Below, in pieces: positions 9,984 to 19,545 of a stretch of DNA of 50,784 nt. The translations under genes and the position numbers were made by a program. Position 1 is the stretch's first letter; each line of letters opens with the position of its first letter. Source of the stretch: a virus (taxonomy: Duplodnaviria > Caudoviricetes); IMG/VR virus record IMGVR_UViG_3300037424_001831, positions 1 to 50,784 of that record. One strand, given 5' to 3'. Below the pieces are notes generated by a model. The model searched no databases, was not told where the DNA came from, and was given only the letters and a program-made list of their open reading frames with translations.

Positions 9984-11687
9984 ATGAGTATTATTAGAAA
10001 ATCCATACAAGAGACTACAGGAAACTCAAACAATATTGCACAGAGTTTTAAGCAAAACATCTTTTCCGATGCTTTCGAGGCTATGACTTTACCATTTGCC
10101 TTTGATGTTCCTATGTACACCACTGCTGGGGGTACAAAAGATTATTATGGTCAAAATCCAAACGCTATATTCACAAGTCTTGTTAAACCTTTTGTTAGGT
10201 TTGATTTCTCAGCTAATACAACAAGTTTTGGTCCAAATGTATATATTAAGCACGATATATATCGTGTAAGCTGGGATATGTTCAGTGCTGCTCAGAAAAA
10301 ATTTAAGAATGATTCCAACGAGTCAATTACAACTGAGAGATTTATTACAGAAACAATTGATGAATTTGATGAGACTACTGGAAAGGTTAATAGAAAAACA
10401 ATCACCAAAAAAAACAGTGAAATAGAAAGCTTAGTTAGGTCATTTAAGGATAAGAATAATTTTGATAAGTCTGGAATTGAAAGTGAAAAACAAATCACTG
10501 GATTAAACCAGGGAAGTGCTCCCGTGTCAAGAGCTGAATTATTGACAATATTGCAAGAACAATTAAGTGAGCCATTATATTCAATCACTGCTGAAACATC
10601 TGGTATTACAACGAATATATATGACCTTCAAATTGAGCAATACATTAAGAATATCGGAGAATATAAGACTGAATTATTTAAAGACAGAGACCAGTTTATA
10701 ATTGATACCAACTTTATATTCGACATAGAATTGACACCTGGATTGACAGGTCTTCAGGTTATTGGAGAAAATGGTTATTTAATTGACCAAGTTTATAAAT
10801 CAACCGTAAGAGGAGAAACTTCTTCAGAAAACATGGTTATTGAAAATGGTGAGTTTAAGGGCCTTATTTTTAAGGGCGGGGCTTATTTCTCATATTTCGA
10901 AGTTCCAGATAAGCCTATTTTTGAATATCCCACCCCAACGGGTCAAATTAGTACTTTCACTCCAGAGATTTTTTGGTCTAATGGAGAGGGTGCAGATAGC
11001 TACCTGGTTCAAGTTAGCTATAATACTGGAGATACTGGTTTCACAGGTACTGTATTTACATATGTAGTTCCTAAAACGGATGAGCAAAAAGAGGTCGCAA
11101 TGAGCAAAACAAAAGATTCTGCTTCTGAATTTTCAACAGACAAGTCAATTAGAAAGTATCAGATGTCCCTCAAAACAAATAAATGTTTAATATATAGAGT
11201 TGGAAATGTAAAAGAATTAGAAAATATGTTTGGAGTCAGACAAAATGTCGTAACCTTCTCTGAAACACTTAGTTTGTGTACTCAAGTTGAACCGACTAAA
11301 ACCTATGTGTACACAGAATCTGATAGTCCATATGCTGCTGATATTACTGGGCTTAGAACCCCTCCTTCTCTTGATTCTGAAAGTCCCCTTTCAGAGTATT
11401 CATTGAGTGGTGTTGTATCTGGTTCAACTGTAAGTGGAGCTACACTTCAACTCATTTATCCTAACCTAAGTTTTGCTAACACTACAACAAATGCTGTTGG
11501 AGAATTTTCTTTTGGAAGTCTCGAAGAGGGAGTGTACACACTTAACACAATGTATAGAGGATATGCCCTTGACAGTAGACCTGTTATTATAAACTCAGAT
11601 ACAAGTTTGTTTATTCAATTAGAAATTAGATGGGATAATACTTATGATATTTGGGCTATCAAAGAAAATGATGTAATTAAATATTAA
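9984..11687 (+). CDS. Putative structural protein with C-terminal Ig/carboxypeptidase-regulatory-like domain
   Basis: LSGVV...GATLQL...TTTNAVGEFSFGSLEEGVYTL beta-sandwich pattern. Confidence 0.55.
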   Translation: MSIIRKSIQETTGNSNNIAQSFKQNIFSDAFEAMTLPFAFDVPMYTTAGGTKDYYGQNPNAIFTSLVKPFVRFDFSANTTSFGPNVYIKHDIYRVSWDMFSAAQKKFKNDSNESITTERFITETIDEFDETTGKVNRKTITKKNSEIESLVRSFKDKNNFDKSGIESEKQITGLNQGSAPVSRAELLTILQEQLSEPLYSITAETSGITTNIYDLQIEQYIKNIGEYKTELFKDRDQFIIDTNFIFDIELTPGLTGLQVIGENGYLIDQVYKSTVRGETSSENMVIENGEFKGLIFKGGAYFSYFEVPDKPIFEYPTPTGQISTFTPEIFWSNGEGADSYLVQVSYNTGDTGFTGTVFTYVVPKTDEQKEVAMSKTKDSASEFSTDKSIRKYQMSLKTNKCLIYRVGNVKELENMFGVRQNVVTFSETLSLCTQVEPTKTYVYTESDSPYAADITGLRTPPSLDSESPLSEYSLSGVVSGSTVSGATLQLIYPNLSFANTTTNAVGEFSFGSLEEGVYTLNTMYRGYALDSRPVIINSDTSLFIQLEIRWDNTYDIWAIKENDVIKY

Positions 11688-11693
11688 ACAAAC

Positions 11694-11701
11694 TATTTAT
11701 A
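11694..11701 (+). promoter_or_regulatory. TATTTATA putative late-promoter motif
   Basis: Exact octamer 15 nt before ATG 11717. Confidence 0.55.
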
Positions 11702-11716
11702 AGAAATTAAAATAAA

Positions 11717-12685
11717 ATGATTGGAGAATTAATACCTACTGGAGTAACGTTTGGAGTTGGAAGAAATTCCATAAATGACCAATTTAGTGGAACTGCTGAG
11801 TTCAACAACATTACATTGGAATCTGGTGCCAACTTTTCAGGTGGTACTGGGGGTGGGATTATTTACTCTGCTGGAACTGATTTGTATAATATTTTTATAA
11901 CCACAGCCGATGGAAATGATATTACAAGAGTTCAACCTGGAACAAATACTACAACTGGTGGTACATATAACTTTCCAGTAGTTAATATTGTAGACTCCCC
12001 TTCTTTTAATTCAATTACAGCATCTGGTTCATCCAGTTTTGCAACATTAAGTGCTTCAACCATATATTCAGGTAACACAAATCTTGGTTCAATAATATTG
12101 GGTTATTCTGGAACATCTGGAAATCTATGGTCAGCATCTACTGGGTCAAATTCTATAATTACCAATAATGATAATAATAATACAGCTTATGGAGAGTGTT
12201 CTTTTGTAAGCGGTAGCGGTAATACAATGCATCCTGGAGCAGTTGGAAACTTTGGTTCTATATTGGGAGGTGTATCAAATTCAATGACTCATATTGGTGG
12301 TTCTTTTACAACAGAAACAAGTAATTCTATAATTGGCGGTAATTTTAATGAAATAAGACAAACATTTACATCCCCCAGACGTAGTGCCATAATTGGCGGT
12401 AGATATAATTTATTATCAGCACAAGATGCTGCAATAATAGGAGGAAGTGGTAATACAGTTCAAATAAACTCTGATTATTCTGTTGTGCTGGGTGGCCAAG
12501 GATTAAATGTTACAAAAAATAATACAGCGATTATGCAAAGAGGTCATATAAATGAGTTTTTCGATTTATTACCTCAAACAACTTTGCCAACCGCAGAAAT
12601 TGGACGAGTATTTTTTAGTGGAACTCCTTTAAATAGAATAATGTATAATACTGGTGGTACTGATTCAGATTGGATAATAATCTAA
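11717..12685 (+). CDS. Gly/Ser/Thr-rich fibre-like protein with (S/A)II/VLGG..N beta-roll repeats
   Basis: Repeats SILGGVSN, SIIGGNFN, AIIGGRYN, AIIGGSGN, VVLGGQG. Confidence 0.6.
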   Translation: MIGELIPTGVTFGVGRNSINDQFSGTAEFNNITLESGANFSGGTGGGIIYSAGTDLYNIFITTADGNDITRVQPGTNTTTGGTYNFPVVNIVDSPSFNSITASGSSSFATLSASTIYSGNTNLGSIILGYSGTSGNLWSASTGSNSIITNNDNNNTAYGECSFVSGSGNTMHPGAVGNFGSILGGVSNSMTHIGGSFTTETSNSIIGGNFNEIRQTFTSPRRSAIIGGRYNLLSAQDAAIIGGSGNTVQINSDYSVVLGGQGLNVTKNNTAIMQRGHINEFFDLLPQTTLPTAEIGRVFFSGTPLNRIMYNTGGTDSDWIII

Positions 12686-12701
12686 ACTTAGAATATAATC
12701 C

Positions 12702-13583
12702 TTAAATTGTACCTCCCTGGGATAGGTTAAAGAATGTTTGAGTTCTGTCAATTTGAGTTCTTTCTTGTTTAATATCAACGTTACCATCGCTAAACTGCTT
12801 CTTCTGAGTAAGAAGAGTGTATTGTTTGTATAGATTTCCGTTTTCATCAAAAATAGAATATACACCAGTTTCAAGGTCTCTTGTAGATTGACCATAAATA
12901 CCATAACTAAGAGTCTTGATACTTTGGTCTACCATTTCAACTTCAATCATAACTGGGTCAAAGAAAGTATTTGAAAGGAGTATTTTTTGACCAGCCTTGC
13001 CAAGGTCACTGCTCACTTCATTTGTTATCAAACTTGCTTCATCAGGAGTAAGTGTGATAAATAGTTGGTTTCCAGTTGGGTCAAGAACATAGGTTGTAGA
13101 GCTTGCGTTTGTTGTATTGTTATTTGGATTCACACTAACAAGGTCACTACTTGTGATAATTCTATGAAAGTTTTTAATCTTATTTTCATTGTCATCAAAA
13201 TATTCTAACTGGTATCCTATCAGTGAGCCTGTGCTTTGAAATTGAAGTTTAGGTATTACGATTCCTTTTTTTGAAATCTGGATTTCCTGGTCATTATTGG
13301 TTATGACAAACGAACAATCAACAATCTGGGTTTGGAATGTTTTTGGTCTAATCAAAATCATGTAAAAACCAAGTTTGTTAAAAATGGAGGCTGGAAGTCT
13401 AAGTTTATATCCACCGTCTCCTCCGAGCATTTTTCTAAACTCGTTATTAGTAACACTATTGAATAGTGGCAAAAATTGAGTATCTCCCACAGACTCTCTA
13501 TTTGGTGAATAAGCATAAAGGACATCGACATCGTTAAAGTCAACATCTGCTAATTTTACTGCTCCATAAATACCTACTGCCAT
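12702..13583 (-). CDS. Hypothetical protein, probably virion structural
   Basis: 293-aa ORF with a TATTTATA motif upstream (13600-13607). Confidence 0.6.
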   Translation of the reverse strand: MAVGIYGAVKLADVDFNDVDVLYAYSPNRESVGDTQFLPLFNSVTNNEFRKMLGGDGGYKLRLPASIFNKLGFYMILIRPKTFQTQIVDCSFVITNNDQEIQISKKGIVIPKLQFQSTGSLIGYQLEYFDDNENKIKNFHRIITSSDLVSVNPNNNTTNASSTTYVLDPTGNQLFITLTPDEASLITNEVSSDLGKAGQKILLSNTFFDPVMIEVEMVDQSIKTLSYGIYGQSTRDLETGVYSIFDENGNLYKQYTLLTQKKQFSDGNVDIKQERTQIDRTQTFFNLSQGGTI

Positions 13584-13599
13584 AATTCTTTTAGTTTAA

Positions 13600-13607
13600 T
13601 ATAAATA
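13600..13607 (-). promoter_or_regulatory. TATTTATA putative late-promoter motif
   Basis: Exact octamer 16 nt before ATG 13583. Confidence 0.55.
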
Positions 13608-13628
13608 TTCATCAAAAAAAATTCAAGG

Positions 13629-15497
13629 CTAAAGCACCAAGAAAGGTATTGATGAGGTTTGCAATTGTGGCGCAAAGTCTCCATATGGATATTGTATGTC
13701 CACAGAAGTACATCCGCTACTGGAGGCGGTTTGTCCGCTTGGTAAGAATGAAAATCTATTATACTGAGTTTTTGTTGTTGCATCTAAGTTATTTTGGTTA
13801 TACAAACTTTGGTGCAAGAACATGATTCCATCTACCATAATATTTTGAAGGCTTCTGCTATCTGTTGGATATTTTGGGTCTGGTATTGATAGTGTTCCAG
13901 CTGCCATGCAATATGGAGATGTTTCAGGCCAAACAAAATTACTTTCCCAATACGGCCAAACATTTGATAGTTCCGTAGTCAAGTTATAATAATTAACTTT
14001 AAGGTCTGCGTTCGCAGAATTATAAGAATTACTAAATCTATGTGCCCCAAGACTAAACTCTTTATTTGTAGAAATTGTATTGTCAGAATTTCTAAGTTGG
14101 AAGTTTAGGCCATCGTAATCAACCTCAAATGTAAATTCATAATTACACTCCGTAAGGGTGTTTACAGTAAGTGGATTTCCATTATAAAATTCACCAGCAG
14201 ATACTAAAACATCATTAGTTGGAAGCTTTAGCTTATACTCAAGAGCATTAACATTAAGTGTTATAGAATCTCCGACAGCAATTGTTTTTCCTTTTATTTG
14301 ACAAGGGTATGAGCCTATGTTTTTAATTCTAAGCCTAAGGTCTCCATACTCTTTTGTGTCAGGATTTTTTCCAAAGAAAATCTTACTATTATTCTGAAAA
14401 TTGTCTTTTCCCCCAATTACATATCCCGTGATACAACCTTCTTTGCACTCTGGGGAGATTCTATCTGTATTTGGTGGATTGAATGTTCTCCAGTTTTGTT
14501 CTATATAATCACCAAATCTAATAAACATTCTCCAAGTATTATCTTCAACCGATTCTATCGTGTTTCTTCTGATATATCTTGCTTCAACATTAGGTAGACC
14601 ACTTCCTTTTTGGATATAAAATCCCTGAAAATTAGCTGTCACATACCTTCTCTCTATTGTGTTACTTGGCTCTGTTTGGATTTCCCTTTTTTCAGAATTA
14701 TCCTCACTAATATGTCTGCCAAGCTCCAATTTCATTTGTTCTCTTAAAGCCCCAAAATTTTCCTCAAAAAATTCAAAGTCCACTCTCTTAGAATTGACTA
14801 TTGGGTCACGCAACACATTTGCAGCCGAAAGTTTTTCTATACTTCCAAACTTCAATATTTGTTCGGCAAAAATTAAAAACCTAATGGAGTGCCATATTGT
14901 TTTTAGAGCTTGGTAATCATCTTTTTTAATCTTCAAATTATTCTTAGCCCTAAACCAAAGTTCATCAGATTCTTCTCTAACTTTGTTTATAAGTTGAGTT
15001 CTATTATTTTCTGTTTGAAAGTCGAGTGTTTTAATCAAAAACGCCTCTTCTGGATATGATAGTATTTCGAGTTCTTTCATGTACTTTCTATCAATACGAT
15101 TTTGAAATTCTTCTGGACTATAAATATTCACATCATAGTCAATACCTTCAAAAGAAAACTCAGAAAAACGATAGCCAATTAAATCTGTTGAGACAACTGT
15201 TATGTCCCAATCTGAATTCTGACTCTCTACCCCATATACATTTGAACCTTGTACAGACGCAAATTGAATGCTTGAGCCGTTTATGCCGATTTCTTCAGCA
15301 ATCTTACTCAAAGAGACTGGTGGTTGTAAATCTATTGCAATAGTTCTCTCTATAAATCCAGATTTAAGATTGGAGATTTCTATATTAGACTTAAGAATTT
15401 CATTATCTTTTTCCTTGCTAATTTTTGAAAATTTATTCTCATCGGTTTCCAGATTTATATTTACAAAACCATTTAATATTGTTGTTATCTTTGTCAT
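13629..15497 (-). CDS. Pol-beta-superfamily nucleotidyltransferase domain fused to a beta-rich C-terminal region
   Basis: GSNVYG...SDWDITVV (GS, DxD), YDVNIY (third Asp), then a helical segment; last gene of a run of tightly coupled structural genes. Confidence 0.65.
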   Translation of the reverse strand: MTKITTILNGFVNINLETDENKFSKISKEKDNEILKSNIEISNLKSGFIERTIAIDLQPPVSLSKIAEEIGINGSSIQFASVQGSNVYGVESQNSDWDITVVSTDLIGYRFSEFSFEGIDYDVNIYSPEEFQNRIDRKYMKELEILSYPEEAFLIKTLDFQTENNRTQLINKVREESDELWFRAKNNLKIKKDDYQALKTIWHSIRFLIFAEQILKFGSIEKLSAANVLRDPIVNSKRVDFEFFEENFGALREQMKLELGRHISEDNSEKREIQTEPSNTIERRYVTANFQGFYIQKGSGLPNVEARYIRRNTIESVEDNTWRMFIRFGDYIEQNWRTFNPPNTDRISPECKEGCITGYVIGGKDNFQNNSKIFFGKNPDTKEYGDLRLRIKNIGSYPCQIKGKTIAVGDSITLNVNALEYKLKLPTNDVLVSAGEFYNGNPLTVNTLTECNYEFTFEVDYDGLNFQLRNSDNTISTNKEFSLGAHRFSNSYNSANADLKVNYYNLTTELSNVWPYWESNFVWPETSPYCMAAGTLSIPDPKYPTDSRSLQNIMVDGIMFLHQSLYNQNNLDATTKTQYNRFSFLPSGQTASSSGCTSVDIQYPYGDFAPQLQTSSIPFLVL

Positions 15498-15500
15498 GAT

Positions 15501-16289
15501 TTATAAAAATTGGTCAAAAATAGATTCTCCCAAGTCCGATGGAGCCTCGCCTAAGTCAAGTGCTATTTTTCCTTGCGAGCCAGAGCCGCCATACCCATAA
15601 GAATTTGTTCCATATTCAGAAGAGCCACCCCCATAGTATCCACCTCCATCAGTGTTCCCAGTACCCCCACTATTCACTGCATCTCCTGGATTTATAAATG
15701 CATCAATTACTCTTTGAAATTCGTCAAAATAAATCTTATCTCCATTTATTTGACCTGACTTCCTTCTTATGAAAACTGGTATGTAATAACTTTGCTCGTT
15801 AGTATATGTTGTGAGAGCTGAGTAGATGTTTAAGTTCCTTGTTGAATTATTTATACTCAAAGGAATTGCATCTAAGCCTTTAGAGGGAGCATATCCACCA
15901 TAATTGTAGATAGCATTCTCGATAACAGTAGTTCCAGTTGTTCCTGTTAAGCTATTGTCAATAACAGATGTTGCTGGGAATTGATTATTTAGAACACTTG
16001 ATACATAGTAGTTATTAAATACATCCGCAAGCTTCTGGTCACTGTGGTATATTTCAGCAAATTCAACTGTTGTTGTACTTCCTGTTAAGTACGAGAAAAA
16101 ATCATTGATGATAGATTCATTTACATCATTATTTAAAAACACTCGAACATTTGAGGAATTGACAATACCACCACCTAATCCTTGAATATTATTCACCTGG
16201 TATCCACCAAGTGTTATCAATGATGAATTTACAACTGCTGTTTGTGCAGAGAAGTTTTGATTAAGTAATATTGTATGTCTTTGTATCAT
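15501..16289 (-). CDS. Putative structural protein with Gly-rich C-terminus
   Basis: TAATG overlap with the upstream gene; T/S/G-rich. Confidence 0.6.
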   Translation of the reverse strand: MIQRHTILLNQNFSAQTAVVNSSLITLGGYQVNNIQGLGGGIVNSSNVRVFLNNDVNESIINDFFSYLTGSTTTVEFAEIYHSDQKLADVFNNYYVSSVLNNQFPATSVIDNSLTGTTGTTVIENAIYNYGGYAPSKGLDAIPLSINNSTRNLNIYSALTTYTNEQSYYIPVFIRRKSGQINGDKIYFDEFQRVIDAFINPGDAVNSGGTGNTDGGGYYGGGSSEYGTNSYGYGGSGSQGKIALDLGEAPSDLGESIFDQFL

Positions 16290-16801
16290 TATTTATTCAC
16301 ATCTATGTTGAAGTATTTCGCTTTAGACACTATGTTTGTATTAACGAATGTAGATTCATCAATATCATCAATAGTTGTTTCAAGAGCGGTTCCTTTATTC
16401 CAAGGGAACTCGTTAATACCTATATCATCAAACCATTTTCTCAAATCAACATCACTATACAAAGAGACATCTCCTCTTCTGAGTCGAATAAAATTAAGCA
16501 TATCAACTGTAAGCTGACTACCTTTGTTTACCCTATTTCTTTCTATCGTATCAAAAAAACCAAATTCGATAAAAAATGGATTAAATTCCTGTCTCTCTAT
16601 TGGTATTATTTCTTCTTCTGCATCAATTTGAACATACTCATAAATATCATAAGTTCTGGTCAAGAATATGGGAAGGTAAAAGTCATATTCTGGAAATCTC
16701 TTTCTACTTCCATTATCGTGAACAAAATCCCAACACCCTGGAACTACCAATTCAGCATCCACATATATTTGGTATTTCAATATGTTATCTATTTTTTCCA
16801 T
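16289..16801 (-). CDS. Hypothetical protein in the structural operon
   Basis: ATG at 16801; contains YLPIFLTRTY, similar to a segment in neighbouring proteins. Confidence 0.6.
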   Translation of the reverse strand: MEKIDNILKYQIYVDAELVVPGCWDFVHDNGSRKRFPEYDFYLPIFLTRTYDIYEYVQIDAEEEIIPIERQEFNPFFIEFGFFDTIERNRVNKGSQLTVDMLNFIRLRRGDVSLYSDVDLRKWFDDIGINEFPWNKGTALETTIDDIDESTFVNTNIVSKAKYFNIDVNK

Positions 16802-16824
16802 CAATTATAAATAATTCAAATTAA

Positions 16825-19545
16825 TTATAAGGCAAGTCCAGCTGGAGGTAAAGTTTCAGAAGGTAGAGTTCCACCACCAGTTCCACCACCAGTTCCACCG
16901 CCAGAGCTACCTGTTTCAATCTGAAGGTCTGTATTATATCCGCCCATCCAGTTTCTTGCCTTATTTAAGTCAACTCCGCCTACTCCATTTTCTATTAATG
17001 TTTCAACTTGAATAGGTCCAAGTGTGGTTCCAGCTAAAAGTGTAGGACCAAAAAAACCACCAGAAGCACCCGTATGAACATAAGCATTAACTATATTGGT
17101 TATCTGAAATGGAATCCCAGCAGTCTTAGCTTCAAGGTATATTGTTGTAGCTGGGTATGTTTCAGCAATATGTGAGCCACCAGCATCAAGCCCAATAACT
17201 GGTCCAACAGGGATTGATGATGTTGTAAGACCATAATCCAACCTCTGTGATAAAGTTCCAATCGACCCAGTTGTAGCTCCACTGACATTTATCTGATTAC
17301 CCCACTTAATATCATTTGTCGTGTAAAAACCAACGTTATCTTTGTAAAAAGTCGTAAATGGACCTGAGGTTCCACTTCTAAAGTCAAATGAGCGGAATCC
17401 ATTAGAATTGGCATCATACAACAATCTATTTACCTCATTCCCTTGTCCTATTTGAGGTATTGTTATCTTAGTAACTTGACTTATAGAATGAGGTAATAAT
17501 GCATCCTTAGTACAAGGCTCAACAATCAACGGGTACGGTTTGAACTCGGCCTTTTCAACCGTAGTATAATTTAGCTTGGTATCAGGCAGACTATTAGACG
17601 ACAATAATACAGAGCCATTTATGTAAGCTCCAGCTACTGGATGAAGATAGTTCGTCTGATTTGGTATATTACCAGGGAGTGTTGTGATAACATTTCCAAC
17701 CGTTGGTGTTGCTGCGGTTGAATAAATACAATCATCCTCAACACTATCCCAGTTTCTACAGATATACTTAAATTGAGTTATCAAATATCTATCAATTCCA
17801 GTAGTTGTTGCCGCTTGAGTTTGTGGGGATATGTGCATACCAATGTATCCTTGCTTTATAAACTGGAAATCATAGAAAGTGGCTGAATTGTAAGCATTAT
17901 TTGCATACAATGTTAATTTTTTAGTAACCTGACTTCTTTCTACAAATGGGTCAATTTGATATACGTTTGGGGTTGCTCCTGGATTTGGTGCCCCAGGAGA
18001 AGGAAATCCAAAAGATGAAGCAGTTGCTCGTATATCAATCTTTACAGGAAGCCCTGTTGTCTTAGATGTTATAGTTATTGCGCTAACTCCATCACCAACA
18101 GCACTCCAATCTTTCTCAAGACCATATGAAGGAAGGTAGTCAGAAGATGAACCATCAATTATTTTTGGAGCAATAGAACCATAACTAAGTAGTCCAGAGC
18201 CAAGAGGTATTTTAACTCCATTGATTCTAAACTCACCAACATTAGGGGGACTTCCTTGTGGAAATACTAATCTAACCTTGTGTTTCTCATTTCCTGAGTA
18301 AGTTGTGTCTAAGTTGAAGAACTTTGTTTCTCCAGCAGGCCACAATTGCTCTGTGTTAACACCAAAAGCTGTATTGATTGGTAATATAGTATCTACACCA
18401 GCATTTGTAACCGCAAGAGTATAAGTATCTCCTGGGTAGAATTCTTCATTTGAATTGGTGAAGTGAAGTCCGTTTCTCAATATAGCATAAGCAGAAGATG
18501 TGGTAACTGGTGCTGATGGGTTTGATTGAGATGTTCTACCTGTAAACTGAACTCTATTTTTATAAATTTCACCAAGATTATAGATAGTTTTCTTTCTCGG
18601 AGTAGCGTCTGTTATTGTTGTATAGTGACTTGTTGTTAAACCAGAGTTTGTGAACTGAAAATTATACAGGTCAAATCTCATACTCTCGGAGAACTCATTT
18701 ACAGTATCTGTAATAGCATCAAATATAAGGGATTTGTTTTGTTCTCCTGGAGACCAATTAAGTGTAATAGGAAAAGTCACGGGAGAACCGCCTACAGATA
18801 GATTAAAATCAGCTGGCAAGATTGTTCCAAGAACTGCATCAAGCACAACTGATTCGTTTCCAAACGGACTTGGCTTATCCATCGCAATATCAATTGCAAT
18901 AGATTCTCCTTCTGAGACAGTAGAAAATTCCGTATCAAACTGCATTACAGTAGGTTTCTCTTCAATTATTTCCAAGTTTTTCTTAATCCAATGTTTGTTG
19001 TAGAAAAATGGGAAATCATTATCTATATCAAGAAATCCTGGGTTGTTAAGACCTATGTCAACCGTCTGAGTCCCATATTCTACAAATTCACCATCAAGAG
19101 TATAAAATACAAGTCTTTGTTCAAAAACTTGATTGCCATAGGTAACATTATCTCCAAGTATTTTAAAATAAACGACATCTGCATCATAGTTGTTTAGTTC
19201 AAGTAAATACTTACCCCTTCTCTTCCCAAAAACATTCTCCTCACTATAAACAAGTGGTGTAGTGTTTATTGAGCCAATATTTTGTGTTAGACCTGAATCC
19301 TTAAAAATATATATAGTTCGATTGTCTGTATTGACAATTGTGGATTCTACAATTCCATAAATCCTAAAATCTCTTGAAGCGTTTCTTTCTTTTCTAAACT
19401 GCTCAGCAAGGTCAAAGTTATTATCATACTTGTCCTCCTTTATTTGATTAAAGGTTTGCTGTAAATTAACATTCAAGAAAATATCACTCACACCCTTTAC
19501 CAGAATATCTTCACTACCAAGTACTATTTTTTTCTTATCATCCAT
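16825..19545 (-). CDS. Large structural protein with a Calx-beta/Ig-like domain
   Basis: FDTEFSTVSEGES...LNWSPGEQNKSL...DTVNEFSE Calx-beta pattern; GGGT repeats at the C-terminus. Confidence 0.6.
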   Translation of the reverse strand: MDDKKKIVLGSEDILVKGVSDIFLNVNLQQTFNQIKEDKYDNNFDLAEQFRKERNASRDFRIYGIVESTIVNTDNRTIYIFKDSGLTQNIGSINTTPLVYSEENVFGKRRGKYLLELNNYDADVVYFKILGDNVTYGNQVFEQRLVFYTLDGEFVEYGTQTVDIGLNNPGFLDIDNDFPFFYNKHWIKKNLEIIEEKPTVMQFDTEFSTVSEGESIAIDIAMDKPSPFGNESVVLDAVLGTILPADFNLSVGGSPVTFPITLNWSPGEQNKSLIFDAITDTVNEFSESMRFDLYNFQFTNSGLTTSHYTTITDATPRKKTIYNLGEIYKNRVQFTGRTSQSNPSAPVTTSSAYAILRNGLHFTNSNEEFYPGDTYTLAVTNAGVDTILPINTAFGVNTEQLWPAGETKFFNLDTTYSGNEKHKVRLVFPQGSPPNVGEFRINGVKIPLGSGLLSYGSIAPKIIDGSSSDYLPSYGLEKDWSAVGDGVSAITITSKTTGLPVKIDIRATASSFGFPSPGAPNPGATPNVYQIDPFVERSQVTKKLTLYANNAYNSATFYDFQFIKQGYIGMHISPQTQAATTTGIDRYLITQFKYICRNWDSVEDDCIYSTAATPTVGNVITTLPGNIPNQTNYLHPVAGAYINGSVLLSSNSLPDTKLNYTTVEKAEFKPYPLIVEPCTKDALLPHSISQVTKITIPQIGQGNEVNRLLYDANSNGFRSFDFRSGTSGPFTTFYKDNVGFYTTNDIKWGNQINVSGATTGSIGTLSQRLDYGLTTSSIPVGPVIGLDAGGSHIAETYPATTIYLEAKTAGIPFQITNIVNAYVHTGASGGFFGPTLLAGTTLGPIQVETLIENGVGGVDLNKARNWMGGYNTDLQIETGSSGGGTGGGTGGGTLPSETLPPAGLAL

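Noticed and set aside
16867-16902. 12-nt tandem repeat (CCACCACCAGTT-like)
   Set aside because: It encodes a GGGT linker within a CDS; it is not a CRISPR array or regulatory repeat.
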